From a virus (taxonomy: Duplodnaviria > Caudoviricetes): a DNA stretch of 64,000 bases. Shown here piece by piece: positions 28,367 to 38,006 of this stretch (position 1 is its first letter; the number at the start of each line of letters is the position of its first letter). The stretch is from the IMG/VR virus record IMGVR_UViG_2540341244_000008, positions 528 to 64,527 of that record; one strand, written 5' to 3'. The translations under genes were made by a program, and so were the position numbers. The notes under the pieces were generated by a model. The model saw only the letters and a list, made by a program, of their open reading frames with translations. It ran no database searches and was not told the DNA's origin.

Positions 28367-28738
28367 ATGCAAGACCTTATCGCTTCGATTTTGGAGGGCG
28401 CATACCTTCCCCCCGACGCCCCCGGCCCCGATGGTCGCCCGGCCGCCTATGTAGTCGCCGAGTGGCAGGCCAACGAGTGCGCCACGCTGGCCGACGCCAG
28501 GGCCTGCCGGGACTACCTGGCGGCTTGGCCCGGCGGTCCGCAGGGGCACATGCTGCCCGTGGCCCGGGTCGCCGTGATCCTCGACCTGACACGACAGGCG
28601 GTACAGCAGCAAATCAGCCGGGACCATTTGCTGGCGGTAAAGGTCGGGAAGACGTTTCTGGTCCCCTTGGGGGAAGTGGAGCGGTGGAAGCCGGTGAAGG
28701 CGGGGAGACCCAAAAGCTCTACGGTCAATAGGGTCTAA
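28367..28738 (+). CDS. Helix-turn-helix protein (excisionase-type HTH), possible operon regulator
   Basis: VARVAVILDLTRQAVQQQI...L.AVKVG..FLV; KAGRPK tail. Confidence 0.75.
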   Translation: MQDLIASILEGAYLPPDAPGPDGRPAAYVVAEWQANECATLADARACRDYLAAWPGGPQGHMLPVARVAVILDLTRQAVQQQISRDHLLAVKVGKTFLVPLGEVERWKPVKAGRPKSSTVNRV

Positions 28739-28740
28739 TG

Positions 28741-29136
28741 CTAGCCGAATGTTAAACAGACTACGTAATTGCGTCCCTCTTTTTCACCTCGAATAGTAAG
28801 AGAGTTTGTGTCCCTGTCATAAGAAAAGTCCTGAAAGTTCAAATTGAATTCACTGCTTGTTCCTCCTTTTGAGTCATGTATGGCAGGGCAGCAAACTTTC
28901 AAGTCGTTATATTGTGGTACTTCTATATGATAGGCAAACCCGCTGCCAAATTCAATAGGCTCATCGTCATCATCCCACTGCCAAGTTGCTGACCTTACAT
29001 CAATTGTTTTGTGATTTCCCATCCGGTCAGAATCTGTGTTGTTATTGAATGCCTCAGTAATTTGGCCAAGACTATTCTTCTTGCTTTTTTTTGTAGCCAT
29101 AGCTTTGCTCCAATTAGATTGTTCAAAATCAAACAA
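28741..29136 (-). CDS. AT-rich hypothetical protein
   Basis: Low-GC ORF; start uncertain (ATG 29100 likely). Confidence 0.6.
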   Translation of the reverse strand: MFDFEQSNWSKAMATKKSKKNSLGQITEAFNNNTDSDRMGNHKTIDVRSATWQWDDDDEPIEFGSGFAYHIEVPQYNDLKVCCPAIHDSKGGTSSEFNLNFQDFSYDRDTNSLTIRGEKEGRNYVVCLTFG

Positions 29137-29209
29137 TTAGTCGCGCTGTACGGAGCAAAGTATTATAAAAATTTAAAAACAAATCAATTTATATCTGGTT
29201 TAAGTAGTG

Positions 29210-29261
29210 GTTCTCAAAATGAGAACAATTTTCTTGACTATGTGCGGCCCGATGGTAATAT
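29210..29261 (+). promoter_or_regulatory. higBA promoter with palindromic operator
   Basis: GTTCTCA-AAA-TGAGAAC (29210-29226); TTGACT-16bp-TAATAT with TGn extension. Confidence 0.7.
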
Positions 29262-29267
29262 ATAGCC

Positions 29268-29585
29268 ATGAACGGGACGGGAAGAAAGATGCGGGTAATC
29301 TCCAAAAGGGCCTTGGTGGCCTTCTGGATGATTCACTCGCAGGCAGAAGGCCCCTTGGCGGCCTGGCATGACGCCATTAGCTCCCGCGAGTGGAAGAATC
29401 TGGCTGAATTAAGGCAGCTTTTTCGTACCGTTGATTATGTTGGCGGGGACAGATTTGTGTTCAATATCGCGGGAAACAATTTTCGCCTCGTTGTGAAAAT
29501 CGACTTTGGATGCCAGTTGGCCTTTGTGCGGTTCGTTGGGACACACAAAGAGTATGACGTCATCAAGGATATTTCCAGCATTTAG
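29268..29585 (+). CDS. higB: HigB-family toxin (RelE superfamily mRNA interferase)
   Basis: MRVISKRAL..FW, VFNIAGNNFRLVV, RFVGTHKEYD; alternative start 29289. Confidence 0.92.
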   Translation: MNGTGRKMRVISKRALVAFWMIHSQAEGPLAAWHDAISSREWKNLAELRQLFRTVDYVGGDRFVFNIAGNNFRLVVKIDFGCQLAFVRFVGTHKEYDVIKDISSI

Positions 29586-29620
29586 CTGGGATTGCACCTC
29601 AAGACTAGAGGTGGGATATT

Positions 29621-30796
29621 ATGGAACGCCTGATTAAGACCGAAGCTGATTACGACAACGCCCTGGCCATCATTGATGGGCTTATGGGAGCCGAGCCGGA
29701 TTCCGAAGAGGCCGAACGCCTGGAGTATTGGGCCAAGCTCGTCGAGATTTACGAAGACGCGCACTACCCCATTCCCAAGCCGACGCCTCTCGAAGCCATC
29801 GAATTCGCCATGGACCAGCAGGGCTTGGCCCGCAAGGACTTGGAACCGTTCATGGGGAGCAAAGGGGTCGTCTCCGAGGTCCTTGCCGGCAAGCGCCGGC
29901 TGTCCCTGGATATGATCCATGCCCTTCATGCCGGCCTTGGCATCCCCCTAGACACCCTGGCCCAGGAAATTACGCTGCCAGCGCAGGCGCTGGATTTGTC
30001 CTCGTTCCCGGTTAAAGAGATGAAGGCCCGGGGTTGGATCGAAACCACGACCAAAGAGGACGTCGAAGAGGCTGTGCGCCGCTGGCTTGACGAATGCGGC
30101 CTTGGTGACGCTCCGCTTGCCTACGCAGCCCGCAGCTCCATGCGCCTGGGGGCCAGGGGTGACGAAAGCGCCATGTTGGCCTGGGTGTGCGGCGTGAAGG
30201 CCATCGCGGCCAAGGAACGCCTGCCTGCGAAGTTCGACCAAGCAGCCCTGACCCCCGATTTCTTCCGGGGTCTCATTTCCTTGAGCAAGGAGGCGACAGG
30301 CCCGGCCCTGGCCCGGTCCTGTCTGGCCGCATCCGGCATTCACCTTGTCATCGAGCGCCATTTCGCCAAGACCTACATGGACGGGGCTGCCCTGTTTGAG
30401 CCGGACGGGACCGCCGCGGTCGGTATGTCCTTGCGCCATGACCGAATCGACAATTTCTGGTTCACCCTGACCCATGAACTGGCCCACCTTGCTCTTGGGC
30501 ACGTCGAGCCAGGGAGCTTCGTCGTAGACGACCTGGACGCCAGGAGCCAGGACGCGAAGGAGCGCGAGGCCGACGCCCTGGCCTCAGAAGCGCTTATCCC
30601 GTCCGAGGCATGGGGAGCGGTCCCGGCCCTGGCTCGCACGACCCCGGAGTTCGTTGCCGGCATGGCTGAAAAGCTCGGCGTCCACCCGGCCATTGTGGCG
30701 GGCAGGGTGCGGCACGAGACGCAGAACTACCGGCTGTTTGCGAAGCTGGTGGGGAGCGGGGAAGTGAGAAAATTGTTTTCGGAGTGGAGAAGCTGA
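29621..30796 (+). CDS. higA: HigA-family antitoxin fused to ImmA/IrrE metallopeptidase
   Basis: IKTEADY..AL, HTH, DRIDNFWFTLTHELAH (HExxH), E.EAD. Confidence 0.9.
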   Translation: MERLIKTEADYDNALAIIDGLMGAEPDSEEAERLEYWAKLVEIYEDAHYPIPKPTPLEAIEFAMDQQGLARKDLEPFMGSKGVVSEVLAGKRRLSLDMIHALHAGLGIPLDTLAQEITLPAQALDLSSFPVKEMKARGWIETTTKEDVEEAVRRWLDECGLGDAPLAYAARSSMRLGARGDESAMLAWVCGVKAIAAKERLPAKFDQAALTPDFFRGLISLSKEATGPALARSCLAASGIHLVIERHFAKTYMDGAALFEPDGTAAVGMSLRHDRIDNFWFTLTHELAHLALGHVEPGSFVVDDLDARSQDAKEREADALASEALIPSEAWGAVPALARTTPEFVAGMAEKLGVHPAIVAGRVRHETQNYRLFAKLVGSGEVRKLFSEWRS

Positions 30797-30818
30797 AAAT
30801 CATCTTTAGGAGCGACTC

Positions 30819-31268
30819 ATGGCCTTTAAAAAACGTCTTGGCGCTCAAGATTTGTTTAACAACTCAACGCCAATTTTTGGAAAAGTTCCTCCATGGCAAG
30901 CGTTTCCCGAGATTAACAGTATCATAGTTCGCTATGCAGAAGAAAATACCGACGTATTCATGTTTGATGGCAAGCCGAAAACGTGGTACAATATAAGAGA
31001 TAAGAGTGCTATTAGTGAGTACATTCGTTGCAGCAATTCGAAATGTTATGATGGTGGTCTTGGGATAGCATCGATTGTCCGGAGTATGGTCCTGAAGCGA
31101 GAGACTGTCATTTCTGGCAATAGACGATGCCAAGGCTATGAAGGTTCCCCAAAGGGGAAAAAAAGGTATGGGCCTTGTTGGCATAAGTTTTGGTATGAGA
31201 TAAAGATTACATATCATGATACTTCTGATCCTGATGCGTTAACTCCAGACAGGGGTTCGCAACTATGA
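30819..31268 (+). CDS. Cys-containing hypothetical protein
   Basis: AGGAG RBS, lower GC, CSNSKC..C..C. Confidence 0.65.
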   Translation: MAFKKRLGAQDLFNNSTPIFGKVPPWQAFPEINSIIVRYAEENTDVFMFDGKPKTWYNIRDKSAISEYIRCSNSKCYDGGLGIASIVRSMVLKRETVISGNRRCQGYEGSPKGKKRYGPCWHKFWYEIKITYHDTSDPDALTPDRGSQL

Positions 31269-31732
31269 AATTCGGATTTCGAACCCCCTCTCTCAAAAAG
31301 CGCATCGCTGCCCGCACATCACCGGCCCGGTTCGTCCGGCATTCTCTCGGGCTCAAGTCCCCTCGCGGTTGGGGCTGGCTGACGAACCCGAAGAAGGCAG
31401 TGTACAACCGCGTCTACAACCGGACGACGTTCGGGTGTTTGCTACCCTCCCTGGCCGGGCTATTCCTGGTGGCGCTCATGGCAGGGTTGGCCTTCGCCCA
31501 ATCTGCCAGTGTCTACAGTCCGTCCGGGGGCTACATGGGGCGGATAGTGGTTAACCCGCAGTCGTTTTCTCCCGGGGCGATGCCAGCGGCCACGCCTGAA
31601 GGAATTTCGGTTGGTGCGCAAGAGTGCCCGAAGGAGAAGCCTTCGGATTGGCTGAAGGGATACCTGCCGGTGGGGATGGAAATGGCTCCGGGGCAGGGGG
31701 GGTGTGATGGAAGGGTTACGCCAAACAACTAG
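31265..31732 (+). CDS. Basic conserved phage domain followed by TM/signal segment
   Basis: MKFGFRTPSLKKRIAARTS..GWLTNPKKAVYNRVY motif. Confidence 0.7.
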   Translation: MKFGFRTPSLKKRIAARTSPARFVRHSLGLKSPRGWGWLTNPKKAVYNRVYNRTTFGCLLPSLAGLFLVALMAGLAFAQSASVYSPSGGYMGRIVVNPQSFSPGAMPAATPEGISVGAQECPKEKPSDWLKGYLPVGMEMAPGQGGCDGRVTPNN

Positions 31733-31740
31733 AGGCCACT

Positions 31741-31974
31741 ATGGATGATATTAAAGAGATAGAGCTGAATGGCGTCACAATTACAGTGAAAAATTTCCCT
31801 TCACTGTCCACAGAAAATATCATCGGCTGGAAGGGTGTTAAAGACGAAAATGGCAATGAAATCCCATTTTCAAGAGAGAATTTGCTGCGTATTTTTGAGG
31901 GGACTTTTGAAGTGTCCGACATAGCGATGATGCCCGGAGAAACCCCCGATGTTGCAGCGTACGAGGATGAATGA
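31741..31974 (+). CDS. Small acidic hypothetical protein
   Basis: GAGG RBS. Confidence 0.55.
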   Translation: MDDIKEIELNGVTITVKNFPSLSTENIIGWKGVKDENGNEIPFSRENLLRIFEGTFEVSDIAMMPGETPDVAAYEDE

Positions 31975-32009
31975 AGGGGCGAGCTGGCGGCGAGGAAAGG
32001 AGGACATAA

Positions 32010-32429
32010 ATGATTCCAAACGGAAATGATATCAAGATTCTTATCACGACGATCAATGAGCTTTACAAAAAAGGGATGACACTTGAGGCTCAAGAGAAGA
32101 TCATGGATTTGCGCGAGATGGTTCAAAGCCTTCGCGAACAGTGCGTCGATCTTCGAGAAGAGAACACGCTTCTCAAGGCCAAAATGGCCGAAAAGGAAGC
32201 TGTTACGTTTGAAAATGGCGTCTACTGGACAAAGAAAGACGATGGGTCAAAGGATGGGCCATTTTGTCTGCCATGTCATGACAACAACGGAAAACTCATA
32301 AGGCTTACAGCGAATGAAAATTATTACTTATGCCCTGTGAAAGAATGTGATTTTGTTTATGAGCATACCAAGTCTACACAAAGCAATACAGTTGGAACGC
32401 GCAGCCCTCGCTCATGGATGGGGGTCTAA
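32010..32429 (+). CDS. Coiled-coil plus zinc-ribbon protein
   Basis: AAAGGAGG RBS; GPFCLPC..CPVKEC. Confidence 0.7.
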   Translation: MIPNGNDIKILITTINELYKKGMTLEAQEKIMDLREMVQSLREQCVDLREENTLLKAKMAEKEAVTFENGVYWTKKDDGSKDGPFCLPCHDNNGKLIRLTANENYYLCPVKECDFVYEHTKSTQSNTVGTRSPRSWMGV

Positions 32430-32432
32430 CCC

Positions 32433-32687
32433 TCAACAAACCTTACCTTCCACCTCCATCCCCGCCAAATCCCTCCGCTGCATCTCCTCCGCCATGGCGG
32501 CCATGACCAGCGGAAACACCTTCTCGACCTCTTCCTCCGGCATGACGGTCGCGTAATTGGCCGCTGCCCGGGACTGGCCGGACTGGCGGAAGAGGGCCAC
32601 GGCCTGGCGCTCCAGGTTGTCCGCTGTGGCGCGGTGAAAGAGGTTGATGGCGGACCGTTTGCAGGTAAGGTCGTTAGGACCGAGCAT
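32433..32687 (-). CDS. Hypothetical protein
   Basis: GGAGG RBS, overlaps the end of the MuF gene. Confidence 0.5.
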   Translation of the reverse strand: MLGPNDLTCKRSAINLFHRATADNLERQAVALFRQSGQSRAAANYATVMPEEEVEKVFPLVMAAMAEEMQRRDLAGMEVEGKVC

Positions 32688-33798
32688 CGGCAAGCGCCTC
32701 CAGTTCCTTGAGCGTCCTGGGCTGGTAATCCGGCCCCACAAGATCCCTCATCGATACCCGGCCGCTCTCAAGCATCTTCACCCGGCCAGGCCCCAGGCTG
32801 GTTGACCGCTTCTCAGCGTCGGAGAGCTCGGAAAACCAGTCGTCGGCCGTGGCATGCCTGCTCACACGCAAGGTCTTGTCCTTGCCGCCCTCATGCACGC
32901 CCCGAACCAGGATTTCGCCGTCATAGTCCCGCCGGCCCCGGACGACCCACCGGTCAAGCTCCTGCCGCATTTCGTCCATGGGGATGCTAAGCTCGCGCCA
33001 TGTGATCGTCTTCGGAAGCCGCACGCAACGGCAGCGGGGATGAATCGGCGTCTCCGGCCCTTCGCCCAGCTTAAACTCCCGCCCATGCAGCGCCAGGCAA
33101 ATGGGGCAAACGCGGTTGTCGCCGGCCGTCATCCACTTCCAGCCCCGGACCACGTCGGCGTTTGCCTGATAGACCATGTCCCGGGCCTGGTTGTTGGCCG
33201 AACTGACGAAGGTCCTGGTCAGCGTCACCGCATCCGTCCTGGCCATCCCGAACCCGTCTTCCACCCGCCGTACCAGTCCCGGATAGCCTTCGCCGCGCAG
33301 CACGCCCACATTGATGGCCTGTCGAATCTGGCCCTGGACGCCGTAGTCAAAGCTCCGGTCCACCCACTCTTGAATTAGCCGGCCGCCCAAGGGCGTCTCC
33401 TGGAAGAATGTCCGAAGCTGCGTCGGGGAGAGCGCCACGTTGTTCACGCCCTTGGCCAGGCCGGCCACGGACAGGGCGCCCACGGTTTCGGTGAGCGTCG
33501 GCGCGGCCACGGTGACCGAGATGGTGGTGAACTGCTGCGTCAGCTCCGACCGAACGCCCGCGGTTAAATCCTCGAACTCGTAGAGGAGGGCTTCCAGCCG
33601 GTGCTCCTGCCAGTCGGAGAGGTTCGCACCGGCGTAGCGGGCTTCAAACTCGCGCATGACCTCGCGCCGGCCCTTGTCGAGAGTGGCCAGGATCGAGAGC
33701 AGGGCTTCACTCTCGAATTGGTCAAGCTGATACCGCCAGGCCACGGCCCGGGCCCACTGGTAGGTTTCGTAGAGGTCTTGTCCGCTGATTTCGCCCAT
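32674..33798 (-). CDS. Minor head protein (SPP1 gp7/MuF family)
   Basis: DNRVCPIC..LHG, PIHPRCRC. Confidence 0.9.
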   Translation of the reverse strand: MGEISGQDLYETYQWARAVAWRYQLDQFESEALLSILATLDKGRREVMREFEARYAGANLSDWQEHRLEALLYEFEDLTAGVRSELTQQFTTISVTVAAPTLTETVGALSVAGLAKGVNNVALSPTQLRTFFQETPLGGRLIQEWVDRSFDYGVQGQIRQAINVGVLRGEGYPGLVRRVEDGFGMARTDAVTLTRTFVSSANNQARDMVYQANADVVRGWKWMTAGDNRVCPICLALHGREFKLGEGPETPIHPRCRCVRLPKTITWRELSIPMDEMRQELDRWVVRGRRDYDGEILVRGVHEGGKDKTLRVSRHATADDWFSELSDAEKRSTSLGPGRVKMLESGRVSMRDLVGPDYQPRTLKELEALADARS

Positions 33799-33812
33799 GC
33801 TACGCCGTACCC

Positions 33813-34022
33813 ATGGCGAAAGTCACCGATCCGAAGCTATTGGCCGAGCTCGAGGCTAGATTTGCGGCCGATCCACTGGTCATCAAGTGGACACCCAAGC
33901 GCCAGAGGGACGCTGCCCTCGGCCGGGCGCTCCTGCTTCGCGAGATCACGCAGCTTCCCCTTGGCCAGGTTGACGGCCCGAAGCGGCCGCCGGCGGCTGA
34001 CCCGGATTCAGAAATCGAGTAG
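33813..34022 (+). CDS. Counter-oriented small protein between portal and MuF
   Basis: Fills the gap between the two genes; TTGTCC-17bp-TACGCC ends 6 nt before ATG; no RBS. Confidence 0.4.
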   Translation: MAKVTDPKLLAELEARFAADPLVIKWTPKRQRDAALGRALLLREITQLPLGQVDGPKRPPAADPDSEIE

Positions 34023-35457
34023 CCGCCGTCTGGATCGTCCCGTCGCGGGCTTCGGTCATAAGGCGGTCCGCCTCGGCCTCGGCGTCGAAATCTTCCGACA
34101 GCCGACCCCGGCGCTGCAACTCTGCCCACACCGTTTCCCGCGAGAGCAATCCAGCTTGATAGGCCTGAGTCAACTCGGCCAGCGACATGTCGGTGACGGA
34201 CAGCCCGAAATCGCTGTTCACGTTGATGCCGCCGCAATCCTCGGGCTTCTTCCCGACCCAGGCACCCATGTATTGGATCATGAGCTCGAGTGAATCCTGA
34301 AGCCCCCAGGCCCAGGCTTGGAGCGGACAACTCGCCTTGGCCGTGTCCACACTCGTGGCCGTGGCCGTCATGTTCCCGGGGCGGGTGACCATGGGATCGA
34401 GAGCCATCTTGGCCATGCGGTCCTCGAGGTCGCGCATGGATTCGCGGTTGGATCCGATCGCAGCGCCGGTGTGTTCGACGAAGCCAAGCCGGGCCTCAAT
34501 GCTCGTGGACTTGAGCATCTTATTCGGCCCGATCTCGGTCACAGCTGCTCCGTCAGATTCGTTGTACCCGCTCCAGAACAGAATCGGCACGCTGGCCACG
34601 TGCTCAATCTGGTTGGCGTCCGACCATTTCTGCCAGTGCAGGCAATTCAGGTCCGCCAAGTCGGCCAAGGGAGGCTTTCCGGCCATGAAATCAGTGCGTT
34701 TCGTGTAGACCGGCACGATGGGGATGAAGCCGATGGACATGACCCCGGAGAGGTCCTTGTTCGCCTGCCAGCTTTCCTGGCCCTGTGCCCCCTTAACCTT
34801 CTCCCACACCGTGAAAAAGCAGCGCGGCTCTCCGCCCTCGGCCTGTTTTAGGTCCAACACCCGCACGCGGCAAACCGTCTTCTCGCCCCATTCTCCGTCC
34901 GCTTCCACGCTCGTTTCCCTGATGCGCACCTGCGTCAGCGTCTCCACGCCATTCACCCGTGCCGACTTCCAGCCGATCAGGTTTTGGCAGGGTACGTGGA
35001 CGCAGTAGGGCCTGGCCCCGGCAGCGCGCTCCTCTGCCAGGGTGCCGCCGGTCATCACCTGCGGGTAATCGACCAGGATGTAGGAGACGCCCAGGAAGGC
35101 GTCCTCGAAGACGGCCCGAGCAAAGCTGTTGAGGTCGTTTCCGGCCAGGTCGATGTTCTCGAGCCATTTGGCGATGTCCTCGGGAACGTCGTCCTTGGGG
35201 TGGGCCGGCTTCGAGAAAACCTTGCCCGTGAGGTCGCCCACGGCCTGGCCGTAGACGTTGAACAACACGGACCGTGAAAGGCGGTTTTCGTAGTTCTGGG
35301 GGCTTTCAGCGGGTTCCTGGGGCAGGTATTCTCGGCCGGCGGAACGCATGGCGGCCGTGCCGCCCATGAGGGTACGCGGTAGCTTCCGGGCCTGCTCCAT
35401 GTCCTGGTAAGCGAGGGAGGGAGTGTTGACGTTGGCGGCGTTGGGGGCGGTTGACAT
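33946..35457 (-). CDS. Portal protein (DUF4055 family)
   Basis: LMGGT.AMR.AG.EYLP, Y..RL.RS, KPPLADLA.LN..HWQ. Confidence 0.9.
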   Translation of the reverse strand: MSTAPNAANVNTPSLAYQDMEQARKLPRTLMGGTAAMRSAGREYLPQEPAESPQNYENRLSRSVLFNVYGQAVGDLTGKVFSKPAHPKDDVPEDIAKWLENIDLAGNDLNSFARAVFEDAFLGVSYILVDYPQVMTGGTLAEERAAGARPYCVHVPCQNLIGWKSARVNGVETLTQVRIRETSVEADGEWGEKTVCRVRVLDLKQAEGGEPRCFFTVWEKVKGAQGQESWQANKDLSGVMSIGFIPIVPVYTKRTDFMAGKPPLADLADLNCLHWQKWSDANQIEHVASVPILFWSGYNESDGAAVTEIGPNKMLKSTSIEARLGFVEHTGAAIGSNRESMRDLEDRMAKMALDPMVTRPGNMTATATSVDTAKASCPLQAWAWGLQDSLELMIQYMGAWVGKKPEDCGGINVNSDFGLSVTDMSLAELTQAYQAGLLSRETVWAELQRRGRLSEDFDAEAEADRLMTEARDGTIQTAATRFLNPGQPPAAASGRQPGQGEAA

Positions 35458-35465
35458 GGTGGACC

Positions 35466-36914
35466 TCACAGGGGGAAATCGACGACGGTGGTCTTGTTGC
35501 CGTTGAGGGGAAATTCCACGGCCGTATAGTACCTGGCTGCCGTGGTTATGTGCTGGAACTCGGAATCATCTTCTTGGAACGTGGAGCCCTTCTTGAACTG
35601 GAGCGTGGCGAGGCCCTTGTCGAGAAAGCGGCACTTGCTGGGGTTCACGAAAAACCGGCGAACACCCATGGCATCGCAGATGCGGCCGCGCAGGCTGGCC
35701 TGGCCGTCTTTAATAGAGGTGTTGGCCCGAGGAACCTTCATCTGGACACGGAAGCCTTCCTTCTTCAGGTAGCGCTCGATGGTGATGAAATCCGAGGCAT
35801 GCCCGTGCTTCTCGCCGGCATGGCCTGAGGCGTCGCCGTAAATCTTGACCAGGCAGCCCTTGTGGTCCTTGTAGCGCTCGCAGAACTCCCGGGCCGCCTG
35901 TTCGGCCACGGCCGACTGCAGCACGATTTCGTCCACCGCGTGGGTGTTTCGCTGAGCGTCTTCCTGGGCGATGAAGGAGGAGAGGGGAGTAAAGTTGAAA
36001 TCGTGGGACCAGATGATGTGGCCAAGACCAGGGTCAAATGTCCTGGCTGTATGGTTGCCGCTCAGGCCGGCCAAGTAGCCGTCGTAGACGTTCAGGCCGG
36101 CCACGGATCGGCCGTACAGGTTCATGATGAAGACGTTGACCCAGGCCATGTCCTTGCCCGGGATCTGGAGGAGGTAGTAATCGACGCCAATTTCGTGGTT
36201 GCAAATATTCTCGGCTTCAGGGTTCGGGAGATAGCGAAAGCGCGTCTGCCCGTTCTCGACATACTCCTCCCGCATAAGCGCCGGCGGCTGGGAGAAAAAT
36301 TCATAGCCGTCCGGATGGTCTTCCTCGGCCAGGGCGTACCACCAGTTGTCCACGTCAGGGCTGTTGGTGTCCGCGATGATGCCGGACCAGGAAAATCCCC
36401 CTTGGGCCTTGGAAGGGTAGCGGTTCACTCGCCCCGGACCCATGTCGATGATTTCTTTCGGTATCTCCGAGGCTTCGTTCCACCAGATGCCGGTAAGCTC
36501 CAAGGACTTGAGCTTCTTGACGTCCTTGGCCTTGTCCAGGGCCAGGAAGACAAGCTCAAGCTCCACCTTAGTTCCGTCTTGATGCACGGCCTTGAAGGTG
36601 CCGAGAATGGGGTGGCCATAGGTCATTTTGGTGCAAGCGGAAAACCAGTCGAGCCACGTCCGTATCGTTGTCGTCTTGAGTTCACCATAGGTGTTGCGAA
36701 CGATGGCCCATCGAGAGCGGCGAACTCCTTTGAATACTCTCTGCAAGAAGGCTCGTCTCACAATCTCCAGGCAACAGCCGACGCTTTTCCCTGACCCAAT
36801 GGGGCCGCGAATACCCCGGAAAAAGGCGGCCGACTCGTGGAACTGTGCCACGGTCGGTTCGGCTTGATAGTTGATCTCCAGGGGCGGCACGCTACTGCTT
36901 CCTCTTCGCTCCAA
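35466..36914 (-). CDS. terL: Terminase large subunit
   Basis: GPIGSGKS Walker A, WWNEASE Walker B, DTN coupling motif, HDFN/GDASG nuclease domain. Confidence 0.92.
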   Translation of the reverse strand: MERRGSSSVPPLEINYQAEPTVAQFHESAAFFRGIRGPIGSGKSVGCCLEIVRRAFLQRVFKGVRRSRWAIVRNTYGELKTTTIRTWLDWFSACTKMTYGHPILGTFKAVHQDGTKVELELVFLALDKAKDVKKLKSLELTGIWWNEASEIPKEIIDMGPGRVNRYPSKAQGGFSWSGIIADTNSPDVDNWWYALAEEDHPDGYEFFSQPPALMREEYVENGQTRFRYLPNPEAENICNHEIGVDYYLLQIPGKDMAWVNVFIMNLYGRSVAGLNVYDGYLAGLSGNHTARTFDPGLGHIIWSHDFNFTPLSSFIAQEDAQRNTHAVDEIVLQSAVAEQAAREFCERYKDHKGCLVKIYGDASGHAGEKHGHASDFITIERYLKKEGFRVQMKVPRANTSIKDGQASLRGRICDAMGVRRFFVNPSKCRFLDKGLATLQFKKGSTFQEDDSEFQHITTAARYYTAVEFPLNGNKTTVVDFPL

Positions 36915-37251
36915 AATTCAGGTTGAACACCGTCCCCTCGTCGGCCTGCTCCGCAGGCTTGGCTGGGGCCTGCCCATAGCCCCGGTTTCGGGCCTTGTTG
37001 TTGAGGTAGTACATAGCGGCGGCAAGGCTTCCTTGTTGTATCAACGAAAAAAGAGTTCCTTCTGCCATATCGGCAACGCGGTCGCATTCTTCTTGGTATG
37101 CTTCTTCAACCTTTGGAAACCTACGTCGATAGCTTGCGAACGTATTCCTACAAATATTGAGGCGTTCACAAATGTCATTAATCAAGCCTCCAGTGTCCTT
37201 AATGGCTTCAATTATTTGCTCAGCATTGTGGCGCGATCTTGTATTAGCCAT
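36892..37251 (-). CDS. terS: Terminase small subunit (HTH)
   Basis: N-terminal HTH, D.AE..L, RNRGYG; directly upstream of terL. Confidence 0.8.
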   Translation of the reverse strand: MANTRSRHNAEQIIEAIKDTGGLINDICERLNICRNTFASYRRRFPKVEEAYQEECDRVADMAEGTLFSLIQQGSLAAAMYYLNNKARNRGYGQAPAKPAEQADEGTVFNLNFGAKRKQ

Positions 37252-37304
37252 GGCGCGATTATTTTTTATTGACTTGTTATAGTTAAATTGCTAGGCGGCA
37301 TGAC

Positions 37305-38006
37305 ATGGAATGCCAAAACTACGAGCAAATTTTGGCAGAGGTAAGGAGCAAGACCCCGGATGGGAAAGTGTTGCTCTCGTTCTCTGGGGGAAAAGACGCC
37401 TGGGGCGTATGGCTGGCACTCCGGGACCACTTTGAACTGCAGCCGTTCTACTACTACCTTGTGCCGGGGCTGGAATTCATTGAGGATTACCTGGCCTATG
37501 CCGAGCGAAAGCTGGGCAAGCACATTCTCAGGCTGCCCAACCCGCGCTTGGCCGACATGCTGCGGGAGTACGTCTACCAGCCGCCCGAGCGCTGGCCTGT
37601 GCTGCAGGCCGCCAACCTGCCGAAGTTTACCTTTGACGACCTTTCCCGGGCCGCCGAGGACGCTGTGGACTGGCCGGAGGGGTGTTGGACGGCCCTGGGG
37701 GTGCGCGCCGCCGACTCCGTGCGCCGCGCCATGCTGTTCAAGACCCACGGGGCCATCAACGACAAGCGCCGGTATTTCTATCCGATCTGGGACTGGAAGA
37801 AGGACAGGCTGCTGGAGGAGATTACCCGGGCCGGCATCAAACTCCCCGTGGACTACAAGCTCTTCGGTCGGACGTTCGACGGCGTGTACCTGCTCTATCT
37901 CTGGAACATCAAAAAGCATTTTCCCCGGGACTACGCGCGGATTCTCCAGTGGTTCCCGGACGCCGACATGGAGGTGTGGCGCTATGAGCAGTCCCTCAAA
38001 GGGTAA
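37305..38006 (+). CDS. PP-loop adenine nucleotide alpha hydrolase (PAPS-reductase-like, no Fe-S cysteines)
   Basis: LLSFSGGKDA, GVRAADS..R, YPIWDW, LPVDY.LFGRTFDG. Confidence 0.85.
   Translation: MECQNYEQILAEVRSKTPDGKVLLSFSGGKDAWGVWLALRDHFELQPFYYYLVPGLEFIEDYLAYAERKLGKHILRLPNPRLADMLREYVYQPPERWPVLQAANLPKFTFDDLSRAAEDAVDWPEGCWTALGVRAADSVRRAMLFKTHGAINDKRRYFYPIWDWKKDRLLEEITRAGIKLPVDYKLFGRTFDGVYLLYLWNIKKHFPRDYARILQWFPDADMEVWRYEQSLKG

Noticed and set aside
37360-37983. N-terminal 208 aa of the 371-aa ORF
   Set aside because: Overlaps the PP-loop gene out of frame; RBS supports a start at 37984
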